DNA from: a bacterium
Lineage (GTDB): Bacteria > JAAXHH01
Length of the DNA: 64,000 bases
Assembly (NCBI GenBank): GCA_965225915.1
Contig: OZ245326.1
Span: 2,616,701 to 2,680,700, forward strand
Direction: 5' to 3'
Shown here: piece by piece, positions 1-9,651 of the stretch
Layout: the number at the start of each line of letters is the position of its first letter
How positions within the stretch are numbered: the stretch's first letter is position 1
Notes under the pieces: generated by a model
What the model was told of the DNA's origin: nothing
Database searches by the model: none
The model's input: only the letters and a program-made list of their open reading frames with translations
Made by a program: the position numbers and the translations under genes

Positions 1-723
1 CTCCGTAACCGGAAGGGAGGGGTCTGGAGGATTCCTCCTGCATTCGATGGCCACGTTCGTTCGCCGTTACCAAGATTCACTACTTTAACCGATGAACAAA
101 AACTTTATCTTCGGGAGTTTTTCTACATCTGGTCTCGTCTCCTGATCCCTAAGTTGGTTCCGGGCGCCAACGTGGTCGTTGCCTCCAATCCATTACTCTC
201 CCACATTGTCGCCGGCGCTATAGCGGATGCGGGGCTTGAAAGGCGCGGCGACATCGTCAGGCTTGTTATGACCATGCGGGGCGGTGATCGGCCAAAAGCG
301 GCACATGATGAATTCGAGGACGTCAGTGTGCTCCCCAGATCGATGTGGGAGCCATGGTTGCTATTCCGAAGGCCTGTGGAGGGAAGAGTACAGGACAACC
401 TCAGAAAATGGAAAACGGGAGGGTTTCGGCGGCCGACTGGTCTCAAGCCATTCGGAGATGTTATTCAATCTTCCCCGACCAGGAAGAATGAGAAGACGAT
501 TGCACCTCATCCCAGCCTTAAGCCACAGTCGTTCTTGCGGCGTCTGGTGAGGGGCGTTCTTCCACTTGGCGAGGGTATAGTCGTCGATACCTTCGCCGGT
601 GCCGGTTCTACGCTTGCGGCTGCCGAAGCAGTGGGGTACGAGTCGATTGGAATAGAAAATGATTCTCATTACTTCAACATGGCCAAGGAAGCGCTGCAGC
701 CACTCGCCGAGCTTAAAGTATAG
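1..723 (+). CDS. DNA methyltransferase, N4/N6 (beta-class layout); 5' end lies outside window
   Basis: Frame 1 is open from base 1, with no stop before the listed start at 154. The C-terminal HPSLKPQSFLRRLV...VVDTFAGAGSTLAAAEAVGYESIGIE carries the FxGxG AdoMet motif near the C-terminus, as in N6_N4_Mtase enzymes. Confidence 0.8.
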   Translation, partial: LRNRKGGVWRIPPAFDGHVRSPLPRFTTLTDEQKLYLREFFYIWSRLLIPKLVPGANVVVASNPLLSHIVAGAIADAGLERRGDIVRLVMTMRGGDRPKAAHDEFEDVSVLPRSMWEPWLLFRRPVEGRVQDNLRKWKTGGFRRPTGLKPFGDVIQSSPTRKNEKTIAPHPSLKPQSFLRRLVRGVLPLGEGIVVDTFAGAGSTLAAAEAVGYESIGIENDSHYFNMAKEALQPLAELKV

Positions 724-742
724 AAGCCGAAGAAGTCCTTCG

Positions 743-1273
743 TTACCTTTCCAGGTAAACCCAGTTTTCGCGAAGTTTACTCACGCCAAGGCGGTCGAGC
801 GTGGCAGTCCGTGTGCCGAGTTCTCCTCTCGGATTGCGTCTGAAGTCTCCTACGGTTACCCTAGATAGGTAGACTTCCCTGGACGTCATTGGGAGTCTTG
901 ATGAAGAGGGTTCGGTGTTGTTATCGACTTCGTATACAAAAACACACATCCACTGGTCGCGCGCGCCATGTGTATCGACCGCACCGCCTCTTTTTCTCGT
1001 GGTTTTGATTTCAAGCCCCTGATCTCCGGACTTAATGGAGTTTTCTGCGTAAACTCCCTGAACGACAAGGTCAGGATGGCCATTGAAGTAGTTGTTTTCA
1101 GTAAGCACCCGTGAATGTTTAGCCAGACTGGCCGTCAGCATGTCCGATAGCACACCAGACATGATAGCGGGTCTCAACATATCGTCCAGACGTTCCAGTC
1201 CACGGTCTACCAGATGAGAATTGACATCGTGGAAGAAATCATAAACGTCCTGCATTGCCGACTCGAAATCCAT
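743..1273 (-). CDS. putative type II restriction endonuclease (PD-(D/E)XK)
   Basis: GHPDLVV followed by GLEIKTT fits the PD...(D/E)xK nuclease motif. It is convergent with the methylase, 19 bp from its stop. Local GC is visibly lower than the bulk. Confidence 0.5.
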   Translation of the reverse strand: MDFESAMQDVYDFFHDVNSHLVDRGLERLDDMLRPAIMSGVLSDMLTASLAKHSRVLTENNYFNGHPDLVVQGVYAENSIKSGDQGLEIKTTRKRGGAVDTHGARDQWMCVFVYEVDNNTEPSSSRLPMTSREVYLSRVTVGDFRRNPRGELGTRTATLDRLGVSKLRENWVYLER

Positions 1274-1389
1274 AATGCGGAGTTGATAAGGTAAAGTCGA
1301 GTCAGGATTGAACGATTCTCTTACTACAACGTTTCTGGACTGATTGATCGGTTCATCTCCTTGACGTTATCTGCATTCAAGTTTTAACA

Positions 1390-1452
1390 TAATGTGATTT
1401 ACTGTGTATTTGTAAACCACTACCTAAAATATCAAGATATCGAATCACATTA
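1390..1452. repeat. 10-bp perfect inverted repeat (taatgtgatt / aatcacatta) with 43-bp spacer in AT-rich region upstream of the endonuclease gene
   Basis: Read directly from the sequence at 1390-1399 and 1443-1452. Function unknown; it could be an operator. Confidence 0.6.
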
Positions 1453-1460
1453 CTACAAAC

Positions 1461-2615
1461 CTATACATCCACGGGCCTCAGATCCAGGGCGAGATCGCGG
1501 AATCCCTTTACCCGGTGGAGGGTGACCAGGTTGGTGTCGTGCTGGTTCTTACCGCCGCGGGCGGTCCGGGCGACGACAAGAAGGTCGTCCCCGGAGATCG
1601 CCTGCGAGGCGTAGCTGTAGGATTCCATCATGCTCTTGCTCATGGCCACGCATCCGGCCTGGAACCAGTTCAGGGCGTCCACGCTGTACATGAGCATCAG
1701 GATGCGCCGTTCGTTGCCGGGGGGGCCACTGAAACCGATGGCCCGAAGGGATTCGCGGTCCTGCCACGGGTTCGTGGACAGGGTTACGGTGGTCCAGTAC
1801 AGGCCGCCCACCTCGTCGTGGACGATCTGAAACTTGCACTGGGCGCCGGGCATGGGGTGGTACTGAAGGAACCGGTAGTCCAGGTTTCTGCCATCGTCCT
1901 CGACCCGCCCGATGGAAGCCAGGCTCGATGTCGAGTGACCGTCGACGATCGTGCGCATGATCATCCTGATTTCGCCGTCCACCAGCACGATATTGCCTTC
2001 CAGGAAGCTGTCGGCGGGCACTTTGTCTTCCAGGCTTTCCGGGTACATCCGTCGTGACAGCACGTCGGGAATGCCCGGGAAACGGACGTGATTCGACATA
2101 CGCCAGGCCGCCGGGTCCAGTAGGTCGCGGGACAGGTCGCCGGCAACCACCAGCGAATTCCAGTCGCTTCGGCTGGGCGCGTCGCAGGTCTCGAAGGCGC
2201 GGTACGCATATCCGTTGTGGATCAGCACCGGCGTAGGCGCGCAGTGGTGCTTGCCCTCGAAGAGCGTGACCGGCCCGTCCCAGGTACAGCCGCCGTCCCG
2301 GGACCGGCCGATGATGATATCCCGGCTCTTTCTCCTGTTACCGATGAGATAGGCATGGTCCTCGTGGGACCATATGGTCGCCCAGATGAAGTCCTGGCAG
2401 GACGCCAGGGTCCAGGAGGCCCCGTCGTCATCGCTGACCAGCACCTCGGTAGCATTCGGCACGGCTTCCTTGAGGGGCTTGGGACGAAACCACTCGTAAC
2501 TTGCCAGTAGACGTCCCGAGCGCATCCGTGCGATCGAGGGCGACCCGGCATACACGTTCTCCGGGTCGGGCGATGACGCCAGAACAAGGTAGTCTTCGGA
2601 TAGCATCCGATGCAT
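1461..2615 (-). CDS. BNR/Asp-box repeat sialidase-like glycosidase
   Basis: Asp-box motifs SDDDGASW and SRDGGCTW. The ORF extends to 2678, but MHRMLSEDY at 2615 is the more likely start. No signal peptide. Confidence 0.7.
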   Translation of the reverse strand: MHRMLSEDYLVLASSPDPENVYAGSPSIARMRSGRLLASYEWFRPKPLKEAVPNATEVLVSDDDGASWTLASCQDFIWATIWSHEDHAYLIGNRRKSRDIIIGRSRDGGCTWDGPVTLFEGKHHCAPTPVLIHNGYAYRAFETCDAPSRSDWNSLVVAGDLSRDLLDPAAWRMSNHVRFPGIPDVLSRRMYPESLEDKVPADSFLEGNIVLVDGEIRMIMRTIVDGHSTSSLASIGRVEDDGRNLDYRFLQYHPMPGAQCKFQIVHDEVGGLYWTTVTLSTNPWQDRESLRAIGFSGPPGNERRILMLMYSVDALNWFQAGCVAMSKSMMESYSYASQAISGDDLLVVARTARGGKNQHDTNLVTLHRVKGFRDLALDLRPVDV

Positions 2616-2837
2616 GAATCCAACCTCCGGCTTTTGGAATGAACAAACGATTCTACCCGAAGGGCATGTGATTGTCAACCGGAAGGTTCGGCGTGCCGGA
2701 TCCCTGAAACTCCCGCCGATTCTTTCCCCAAATCACCATTAGCACTTGATCTGAATCGCTCCCTCCCTGTATCATAGCACTAATCACCTGAAAACCGAGC
2801 CGTACGAATTGAACCGGGTCCGCCAGGAGGATAAAAA

Positions 2838-4019
2838 ATGGCTGGGAAACCTAACCTGTCCCGCCGGGACGTACTGATAAAGGGTGGGATCGCGGCGGCC
2901 GGCATGACGCTGCTGCCTTCTCACGTACTGGCCCAGTTGACCCAGTTGGCGCGGGACGAAACGCCCGTGGACTGGATCGATGAATTCGGGCCACCACAAA
3001 GCCCCGATTTCGTCCTGCTGGACTGGAACGGGCTGGAGTCATGGATAACGCCCGTGGACCAGTTCTTCTCGGCGGGCCACTATCCCGAACCGACCGTAGA
3101 TGCGGCGAACTACAGCCTGGAGGTCTCGGGCGCCGTGAAGCAGAAGCTCTCCCTCGGCCTGGACGAAATCAGGTCGATGCCGAGCAAAGACGTTATCTTT
3201 ACCCTCGAATGCTCAGGCAATCGGGGCGTCCCCGTTTTCCGTGGCGGCGTATACAATGCCCGTTGGACCGGCACGCCGCTGGCGCCGATCCTGGAGCGGG
3301 CAGGGGTGTGGGGCAACGGCATCGAGGTGGTTTTCTTCGGACACGACGAAGGGATAGAGAACATCACGCCGATTCGAAGCGAACCGCTGGCGATGAAGCA
3401 GAATTTCGCCCGGTCGCTGACCATGCAACAGGCGATGGACCCGGACATCCTGCTGGCCTACGACGTAAACGGCCAGACGCTGCCGCCGAAACACGGATAT
3501 CCCCTGCGTCTCATCGTGCCCGGCTGGTACGGCATTACCCAGGTGAAATGGCTGAAACGCATCGAGGTGCGGACGACCCGGTACATGGGCAGATTCATAT
3601 CGCGAGACTACGTAACAGTACGCGAAGAGACCCACAACGGTGAGACCGTCTGGCGGCAGGAATCCGTGGGCCGGGGACGCATCAACTCGGTCACGGCCCG
3701 GGTCACCCGGGTCGGTCCCCTGCACCGTATCTACGGCGCGGCATGGGGCGAACCGCTCAGTGCGGTCCAGGTACGGATCGACGACGGTCCCTGGCAGACA
3801 GCCGAGATCATCGAGGGGCAGGACGCCGAGCACGCCTGGAAGTTCTGGCGGCTGGACTGGGACCGGCCTTCCGCGGGCGAGCATACGATCACGTCGCGGG
3901 GCGTAACAACGGGCGGCACGGTACAGCCTGCGCCGGACGATCCTTACCTGGCGGGCAAAAAGACCTACTGGGAAAGCAACGGTCAGGTGACCCGGACCGT
4001 GCGGACCCTTGAAAGCTAG
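2838..4019 (+). CDS. sulfite oxidase-family molybdopterin oxidoreductase, TAT-exported
   Basis: N-terminal SRRDVLIKGGIAAAGMTLL twin-arginine signal. FTLECSGNRG holds the Mo-ligand cysteine context. The C-terminal part looks like a Mo-co dimerisation domain. GGAGG lies 7 nt upstream of the ATG. Confidence 0.85.
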   Translation: MAGKPNLSRRDVLIKGGIAAAGMTLLPSHVLAQLTQLARDETPVDWIDEFGPPQSPDFVLLDWNGLESWITPVDQFFSAGHYPEPTVDAANYSLEVSGAVKQKLSLGLDEIRSMPSKDVIFTLECSGNRGVPVFRGGVYNARWTGTPLAPILERAGVWGNGIEVVFFGHDEGIENITPIRSEPLAMKQNFARSLTMQQAMDPDILLAYDVNGQTLPPKHGYPLRLIVPGWYGITQVKWLKRIEVRTTRYMGRFISRDYVTVREETHNGETVWRQESVGRGRINSVTARVTRVGPLHRIYGAAWGEPLSAVQVRIDDGPWQTAEIIEGQDAEHAWKFWRLDWDRPSAGEHTITSRGVTTGGTVQPAPDDPYLAGKKTYWESNGQVTRTVRTLES

Positions 4020-4037
4020 GGGCGTTATTTCCGATTC

Positions 4038-5150
4038 ATGATCATCGACGCCCACGCGTACTGTTTCCCGCCGGGAGACGCGAAAGCCGGGTACGGAGCA
4101 CCTCGTGAGCACCTGCGGTGGATGCAGGCGGAACACGCGGCCCATCACCAGCCGGCATGGCGCGTGCGGGACCGTGCACCCGCCTCGTCCGACGAGATCG
4201 GGCCGAAGGCGCCAGGCGACTGGTCCACGTTGCCCGACGTGGATTTCCGGGTCGACCGTTCGCGCGGACGGGTGGTGTGGACGATCGACGGTGAAGACTA
4301 CACCAAGCAGTTCTACCCGCCCCACCTGCACAACCTTGAATACACGCCCGACAGCCTGATCGCCGAGATGGACTACGCCGGCGTAGACGTCGCCCTGTTG
4401 CATACCAATCCCATGCTGGGCCGCGACAGCGCTTTCCAGGCCGAGTGCGTCGCCGCCTGGCCCGACCGCCTGTACTCCATGGCGCCCGTCGACGAGTGGC
4501 GTATCGCCGAAGAAACAGACGGGGCGATCGAAGCGCTCGACCGGGCCGTGCGAACCCACGGGTTGCACGCCGTAAAATTCAACGCCACGCTGGCTTACCG
4601 CGGCAGCGGCGAACGATGGAGTGGCGACGCCTATCGCCCGTTCTGGGAGTCTGTGGACGCCCTGAAGGTCCCGGTTTTCTTCACGTTAGGCGCCGGGCCC
4701 GTACTCGGCTATCATTCCGATCTCGTGCAGGGCTACCTGGACGAGTTGCGGGTGCTCATGGAATGGATGGACCGGCACCCCGATACCATCTGCAGCATCA
4801 CGCACGGTTTCCCCTGGCGCATGTTCGTCGACGGCGGCCGCCTTGTGCTGCCCGACGTCCTGTGGAGACCCTTCGAGAACCCCAACCTCAGCCTGGAAGT
4901 ATGCTTTCCCGTGCGTATCGGCGACCTGTACGACTATCCCTACCGCGAGGTCTGGCCGGCACTGGAAGAGATGGTGGACCGGATCGGCGCCGGCCGGCTC
5001 CTCTGGGGCACGGACATGCCCTTTCAGAATCGGTTCTGCACCTATCGGCAGTCCCGGGACTGGATCGAAAAGTACGCCGGTTTTCTCGACGGCGATGACC
5101 TGGCCCTCCTCCTGGGCGGCACTGCCCGTCGAATACTGGGTATAGCATGA
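4038..5150 (+). CDS. Amidohydro_2-type metal-dependent hydrolase (TIM barrel)
   Basis: MIIDAHAY start and WGTDMPF near the C-terminus, typical of the amidohydrolase-2 family. Confidence 0.7.
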   Translation: MIIDAHAYCFPPGDAKAGYGAPREHLRWMQAEHAAHHQPAWRVRDRAPASSDEIGPKAPGDWSTLPDVDFRVDRSRGRVVWTIDGEDYTKQFYPPHLHNLEYTPDSLIAEMDYAGVDVALLHTNPMLGRDSAFQAECVAAWPDRLYSMAPVDEWRIAEETDGAIEALDRAVRTHGLHAVKFNATLAYRGSGERWSGDAYRPFWESVDALKVPVFFTLGAGPVLGYHSDLVQGYLDELRVLMEWMDRHPDTICSITHGFPWRMFVDGGRLVLPDVLWRPFENPNLSLEVCFPVRIGDLYDYPYREVWPALEEMVDRIGAGRLLWGTDMPFQNRFCTYRQSRDWIEKYAGFLDGDDLALLLGGTARRILGIA

Positions 5151-5261
5151 TGAGAAGGTCCGCCGGATGGCTGAATCCGGCGTTCGGGCCCCCCCGTGTA
5201 AGCATCTGACATTATTCGAGTAGTAACATGAACCGCAGGTTTACATAAACCGGAGGATCCC

Positions 5262-6248
5262 ATGCACGTCGGTACCCAGCAGTTCAGTACGGCTGGCGAA
5301 GATCTGGAATATCTCGCCCGTCACGGCGTTTTCAACAAGAACGAGAACAACATCGCCTTTCACCGGGAATATGGGTGGGACGTAGAGGAGCTTGCACAGA
5401 AGAAGGAGATTTGCGCGGGTTTCGGGATCAACATGGAGATGGTCGCCATACCCGTGGCGCAACTCAACGTGAACGGCGGCCAGGTGCCCAATTACATGCT
5501 GGGCAACTACGAAGAAGGCGACAGGGAAATCGAACTCGTATGCAACATGATCCGCCAGGCTTCGGAAGCCGGCATTCCCGCGGTGAAGTACTACCTGTGC
5601 GAGATGGAGAACCAGCGGACCGAGAGCGTGCCCCCTGGCCGCGGCGGTTCGATCTACAGCACCTGGGACCTGGAAAAGGCGAAGGACATGCCGCCGAGGT
5701 ACGACGAACCCGTGACCGCCGAAACGAACTGGGCCCGCATCACTTACTACCTGGAGCGGGTGGTACCCGTGGCGACCGAGTGCAAGGTCCGTATGGCCTG
5801 TCATCCGTGCGACCCGTGGCTGCCGCCCGGCTTTCGCTGCGTGGATCGCGTGCTCGGTGGTTTCGAGGGGTTCAAGCGCTTCATCGAGATCTGCCCCAGC
5901 CCCTACCACGGCGTCAACCTCTGCCTCGGCTGCATGGCGGAGAGTTCCCTGGATCCCCTCAACGACGTGCCGGAGATCATCCGCTATCTGGGCTCGCGCG
6001 ACAAAATCTTCCTCTGTCATTTCCGCAACATCGTCGGCGGGCGCAATAAGTTCCAGGAGGTGTGGCCGGACGAAGGCGTGATGAACATGCACCGCAACAT
6101 GCAGGCCCTCAAGGAGGTCGGCTACGATCACATGTGCGTGCCGGACCACGCGCCGGGGCACAAGGACCCGGACAGCTCCCGGCAGGCTTTCGCCTACGAG
6201 TTCGGCTACATCCAGGCGATGATCCAGGCCGTTATGGACGAGGGGTAA
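5262..6248 (+). CDS. UxuA-family (mannonate dehydratase-like) TIM-barrel protein
   Basis: VRMACHPCDPW...FLCHFRNI...VPDHAPG parallels E. coli UxuA VRMAVHPDDPP...YFTHLRS...RPDHGH, recalled from memory. Shorter than canonical UxuA. Confidence 0.65.
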   Translation: MHVGTQQFSTAGEDLEYLARHGVFNKNENNIAFHREYGWDVEELAQKKEICAGFGINMEMVAIPVAQLNVNGGQVPNYMLGNYEEGDREIELVCNMIRQASEAGIPAVKYYLCEMENQRTESVPPGRGGSIYSTWDLEKAKDMPPRYDEPVTAETNWARITYYLERVVPVATECKVRMACHPCDPWLPPGFRCVDRVLGGFEGFKRFIEICPSPYHGVNLCLGCMAESSLDPLNDVPEIIRYLGSRDKIFLCHFRNIVGGRNKFQEVWPDEGVMNMHRNMQALKEVGYDHMCVPDHAPGHKDPDSSRQAFAYEFGYIQAMIQAVMDEG

Positions 6249-6318
6249 CGCGTCGACGCCATCTTACTTGTACTTCGGTTTCGCACAAGCGATACCAGAC
6301 AACGAATCACTATCCAAC

Positions 6319-6388
6319 ACAGATGGTCAGAATGAAGCGGTCAATCATCCAGGACAGATGGTCAGAATGAAGCGGTCAATCATCCAGG
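6319..6388. repeat. perfect tandem duplication, 35 bp x 2 (acagatggtcagaatgaagcggtcaatcatccagg)
   Basis: Read directly: copy 1 at 6319-6353 and copy 2 at 6354-6388. It lies in the convergent intergenic space between the UxuA-like gene and dapD. Confidence 0.95.
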
Positions 6389-6401
6389 ATGTTTGCGTCG
6401 G

Positions 6402-7244
6402 CTATCGGATCCATGTCTCCAGTTCAACGCGCGAGTCCGTGCGTTCGTCGCGGTACTTGACGATGACGGGCGTCGCGAGTGAAAGGCCCCAGGCGGGCCC
6501 GGCGCCTCTCGTGACCGCTCGCGCGCCGGGGACGACAACCGCATCCTCCGGTACTACGGTCGGCTCACCCGCCACAGGCCTGATGATGCGACCCCGTGGC
6601 AGATCGTAGATCGGAGTGGACCCGGTCAGTACGGTCCCGGCCGCAATGACCGCCCGGCGTTTGACGACCGCGCCTTCGAAGAGGCCTGTATTGCCGCCGA
6701 TAAGCGCGTCGGACTCGACGATCACGGGGAGGGCGCCTACCGGTTCAAGCACCCCTCCGATCTGCGCCCCGGCGCTGACATGGACGCCACTTCCAATCTG
6801 CGCGCAGGATCCGACAAGCACGTTCGAGTCGATCATGCTACCGTCTCCAATATAGGCGCCGATGTTGATGTACATCGGCGGCATGCAGATCACGCCGCGG
6901 CCGAGGTAGGCGCCGTCGCGCACTGACGATCCGCCCGGTACGAGCCGGACGTTCGACGCGGTAGAAAGGGGGAGGAGCGGTAGGGTATCCTTATCGAGCC
7001 AGGGCGAATCGGCGCCGGGCGAGTCGAAGGCTACCACGTCGCCAAAACGAAACCCTACCAGGATGCCCTGTTTGACCCAGGAATTGACTCGCCAGCCAGT
7101 CGGGGACGACGTGTCCGGTTCGGCCGCGCGCACCAGGCCCTGCGCGAGTTCGGTTCGAAGTGCTGCAAAGGCGGTGCGGGCTTCATCCCGATCGGCATCG
7201 GCCGCCTGGGTATAGAGTTTACGAATCTGTTCGGCGAGTTCCAT
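6402..7244 (-). CDS. dapD: 2,3,4,5-tetrahydropyridine-2,6-dicarboxylate N-succinyltransferase
   Basis: The N-terminal helical domain is followed by a hexapeptide-repeat left-handed beta-helix (IGAYIGDGSMIDSNVLVGSCAQIGSGVHVSAGAQIGG). Length and layout are typical of DapD. Confidence 0.8.
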   Translation of the reverse strand: MELAEQIRKLYTQAADADRDEARTAFAALRTELAQGLVRAAEPDTSSPTGWRVNSWVKQGILVGFRFGDVVAFDSPGADSPWLDKDTLPLLPLSTASNVRLVPGGSSVRDGAYLGRGVICMPPMYINIGAYIGDGSMIDSNVLVGSCAQIGSGVHVSAGAQIGGVLEPVGALPVIVESDALIGGNTGLFEGAVVKRRAVIAAGTVLTGSTPIYDLPRGRIIRPVAGEPTVVPEDAVVVPGARAVTRGAGPAWGLSLATPVIVKYRDERTDSRVELETWIR

Positions 7245-7664
7245 ATTGGTTTTAACTCCTGGAAATTGATCAGGTCTATTAGATGCTCACATGTCCGGCC
7301 GTACAGACGACACGCATCGTTCGAGACCCTCCGGATCATGGCTTTTTCTAAGGATTCCCTGCGCGTGCGCCACAAGGTAATACTGCTTCACGGCATTCTG
7401 TCAAGCATCAATCCTTTGCACCTCGAAGTTGCTGAACAGGCCTGTCTGAACCGACAGCGTGTTCCTATTCAACGTTTATTGAATGTAAACCGTTTCATAG
7501 TGCGTCCCGGCGTTGATCTTTTTGCGCAAACCCTTGACAGCACCAGTCCTGGCCGGTTGCTTTTCAGGAAAACCTCGACTTTTCGTGGGGGAATCTCGAA
7601 ATGGACGTCAATCAAGGGTATCGGGTAGCATCGTAGCCAAAAACATCCGTTGGAGGACAAAAAG

Positions 7665-8462
7665 GTGATTTCTACACGCATACTTCCAGGAGAGTGCCTC
7701 GACGACACCCAGATGGAAAAAACGCTGGAAGTGTTTCACCGGGACGGGTTGGCCCTGATACCGGGGGTACTGACCCGGGATGAAATCGATGCCCTCCGGG
7801 AGGTCACGGACCGGTGTTTCAACGACCCCGTGCTGGCCGGCACCGATTACACGAGCGGGCGGGGGGACGGTTTCGTGCTGCGCAACACGCTGGAGCTGGA
7901 TTCCGTGTTCGTGGACATGCTGATCCGGGAACCCATACTGAGCCTGGCGGAGGCGATCGTGGGGACGGACTGCAAGTTCTGCGGCCAGAACGTGATCCGC
8001 AACGCGCCGGGCCAAGCCATATCGCGGTGGCACGTGGACGACCGGGTGGAATTTCCGCTGCCGGACGACGTGCCCCGCCACGATCCCCGCGTCCGCATGC
8101 CGGTGCAGTGGTTCACCATCCAGATGGCCCTGACCGATATCGACACGGAAGAGGACGGACCGACGCAGTTCGTCCCGGGAAGCCACTATTCGGGGCGCGA
8201 ACCAAACAGCCAGGAACACCCCGAGTTCGAGGGCAGGGGACCGGTTTCAGCCCTTTGCAAGGCGGGGGACGTCTACCTGCAGAACAACCAGTGCTGGCAC
8301 CGCGGGGGGCCCGTCACGTCGGACCGGACGCGCTACGTGTTTCAATCCCAGTACGCGGCCCACTGGGCTTACAGGCGGTTCTCGGAGTATAACCACGTGC
8401 CCGTGCCGCCCACGGTATTGAACCAGGCCTCCGACAGGTTGCGCGGGGTGCTGGGCGTGTGA
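7665..8462 (+). CDS. PhyH-family Fe(II)/2OG dioxygenase
   Basis: WHVDD (HxD), PGSHY and CWHRGGP motifs. A GTG at 7665 has GGAGG 8 nt upstream; the ORF track starts at a TTG at 7650. Confidence 0.8.
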   Translation: MISTRILPGECLDDTQMEKTLEVFHRDGLALIPGVLTRDEIDALREVTDRCFNDPVLAGTDYTSGRGDGFVLRNTLELDSVFVDMLIREPILSLAEAIVGTDCKFCGQNVIRNAPGQAISRWHVDDRVEFPLPDDVPRHDPRVRMPVQWFTIQMALTDIDTEEDGPTQFVPGSHYSGREPNSQEHPEFEGRGPVSALCKAGDVYLQNNQCWHRGGPVTSDRTRYVFQSQYAAHWAYRRFSEYNHVPVPPTVLNQASDRLRGVLGV

Positions 8463-8513
8463 CCAACCGTGTTTCCGCCCGACCCCTGCAAGTCCCAGGC
8501 GTACCGTAGTGTC

Positions 8514-9638
8514 TCAATGTACGATGGTCTCGAACCGCGCCGGAAGGGCCACTTCGAGGAGCTCGAGGTCGCCTGAGCGGTCGGTGAGGGATGTCTTCGT
8601 ATGGGGCGGAATGACGTAGGCGTCTCCCGCTTCCAGCCGGTGCGCGCCCTGGCTATCCCCGTTCAGCGTCACCTCTCCTTCCATGACGAAGGTGAAGAGG
8701 ATGTCGCCCGTGTGACTCGTGGGCTGCTCGGACGCGCCGCCGTTCGCACGGGCAACCTGCACCGAGGCCACGCCGCCCGTCGCCTCGCCTATGCCCGTTT
8801 CCCGGGCCTCGAACCCCGCAATTCTCCAGGGTTGCCAGACCGCGTCCTTCACCTCGTGGCGGCAGAACTTCTGTCCACCGAAGATGCGATCGGGGTTCAA
8901 CACGGGCGTGGGCAGTTCAACCTCGTGGTCGATGGTGGTCACGTGGTCCGCCGGCACGCCGATCTCGATCACCTGCAGGTTTTCGGACGACTCAAGCACC
9001 CGGTGCCGGATTTCAGGGGGTTGGATCACGCAGTCCCCCGCCTTCAACAGGAAGGGCGGCCCCTGGTCCTCGTAGACGAGTTGGACCCAGCCCCGGTAGG
9101 CGAAAATCAACTGAAATCCCACCGTGTGGTAGTGAACCACGTCCGGCACCGGACCGGCGTCGGGTATCCGGATGTGTGAGGCGATGATGCTCCCGCCGAG
9201 GCGGCCTGGAACCAGGTCGCGGTAGTGCATGCCGGCGCGGCCGATCACCCAGGGCGTGTTGTCCTTGAGGCGCCGGACGAGGAAGGCATGCTCCGTCCGG
9301 GGAATTTCGAGCGGCGGATCGGCCTGCGCGATCTCGACGCGGACGCCGTTAGGCGCGGTGAGCTCGGTTTGCCCACCGGCCAGGGCCGCCGGGTCGCGGC
9401 ACAGGATACGGAGCGTGCCGGGCGGTTCGGACGCGTCCTGTTCCAGGCGTATGGTGAGTCCGTGACCTGAAAGTACCGAAACCGTCGGATAGTCGGCCGG
9501 GTAGATCTTGTCCATGCGGAACCCAAGGGTTTTCATGAAAAACGCCAGGTCCGCGTTGAGGTCCGACGTCGGCAGCCTGATTTCAGCGTGCTGTATATTG
9601 TCGGTGAGATTGGTCCGCTTGTTGTCGTGAAGTTGCAT
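8514..9638 (-). CDS. VOC-like plus double-cupin domain protein
   Basis: The N-terminal LAFFMKTLGFRMD segment is glyoxalase/VOC-like. Two cupin barrels follow (HYHTVGFQLIFAYRGW...; GDILFTFVMEGEV...). The ATG at 9638 has GGAGG 9 nt upstream. Confidence 0.6.
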   Translation of the reverse strand: MQLHDNKRTNLTDNIQHAEIRLPTSDLNADLAFFMKTLGFRMDKIYPADYPTVSVLSGHGLTIRLEQDASEPPGTLRILCRDPAALAGGQTELTAPNGVRVEIAQADPPLEIPRTEHAFLVRRLKDNTPWVIGRAGMHYRDLVPGRLGGSIIASHIRIPDAGPVPDVVHYHTVGFQLIFAYRGWVQLVYEDQGPPFLLKAGDCVIQPPEIRHRVLESSENLQVIEIGVPADHVTTIDHEVELPTPVLNPDRIFGGQKFCRHEVKDAVWQPWRIAGFEARETGIGEATGGVASVQVARANGGASEQPTSHTGDILFTFVMEGEVTLNGDSQGAHRLEAGDAYVIPPHTKTSLTDRSGDLELLEVALPARFETIVH

Positions 9639-9651
9639 TTTGAATGGCCTC

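Noticed and set aside
3213-4568. Long antisense ORFs overlapping recognisable genes. Examples: 3213-4568 (-), 5241-6161 (-), 10387-11760 (+), 12237-13637 (+), 16479-17435 (-), 19555-20625 (-), 24050-25066 (-), 35413-36237 (-), 49693-51822 (-), 53432-55261 (+), 57749-59674 (+), 60554-62227 (+).
   Set aside because: Their translations are Arg/Gly/Pro/His-rich low-complexity sequence, typical of shadow frames in high-GC DNA. Each lies opposite a gene with clear family motifs. None has a recognisable domain.
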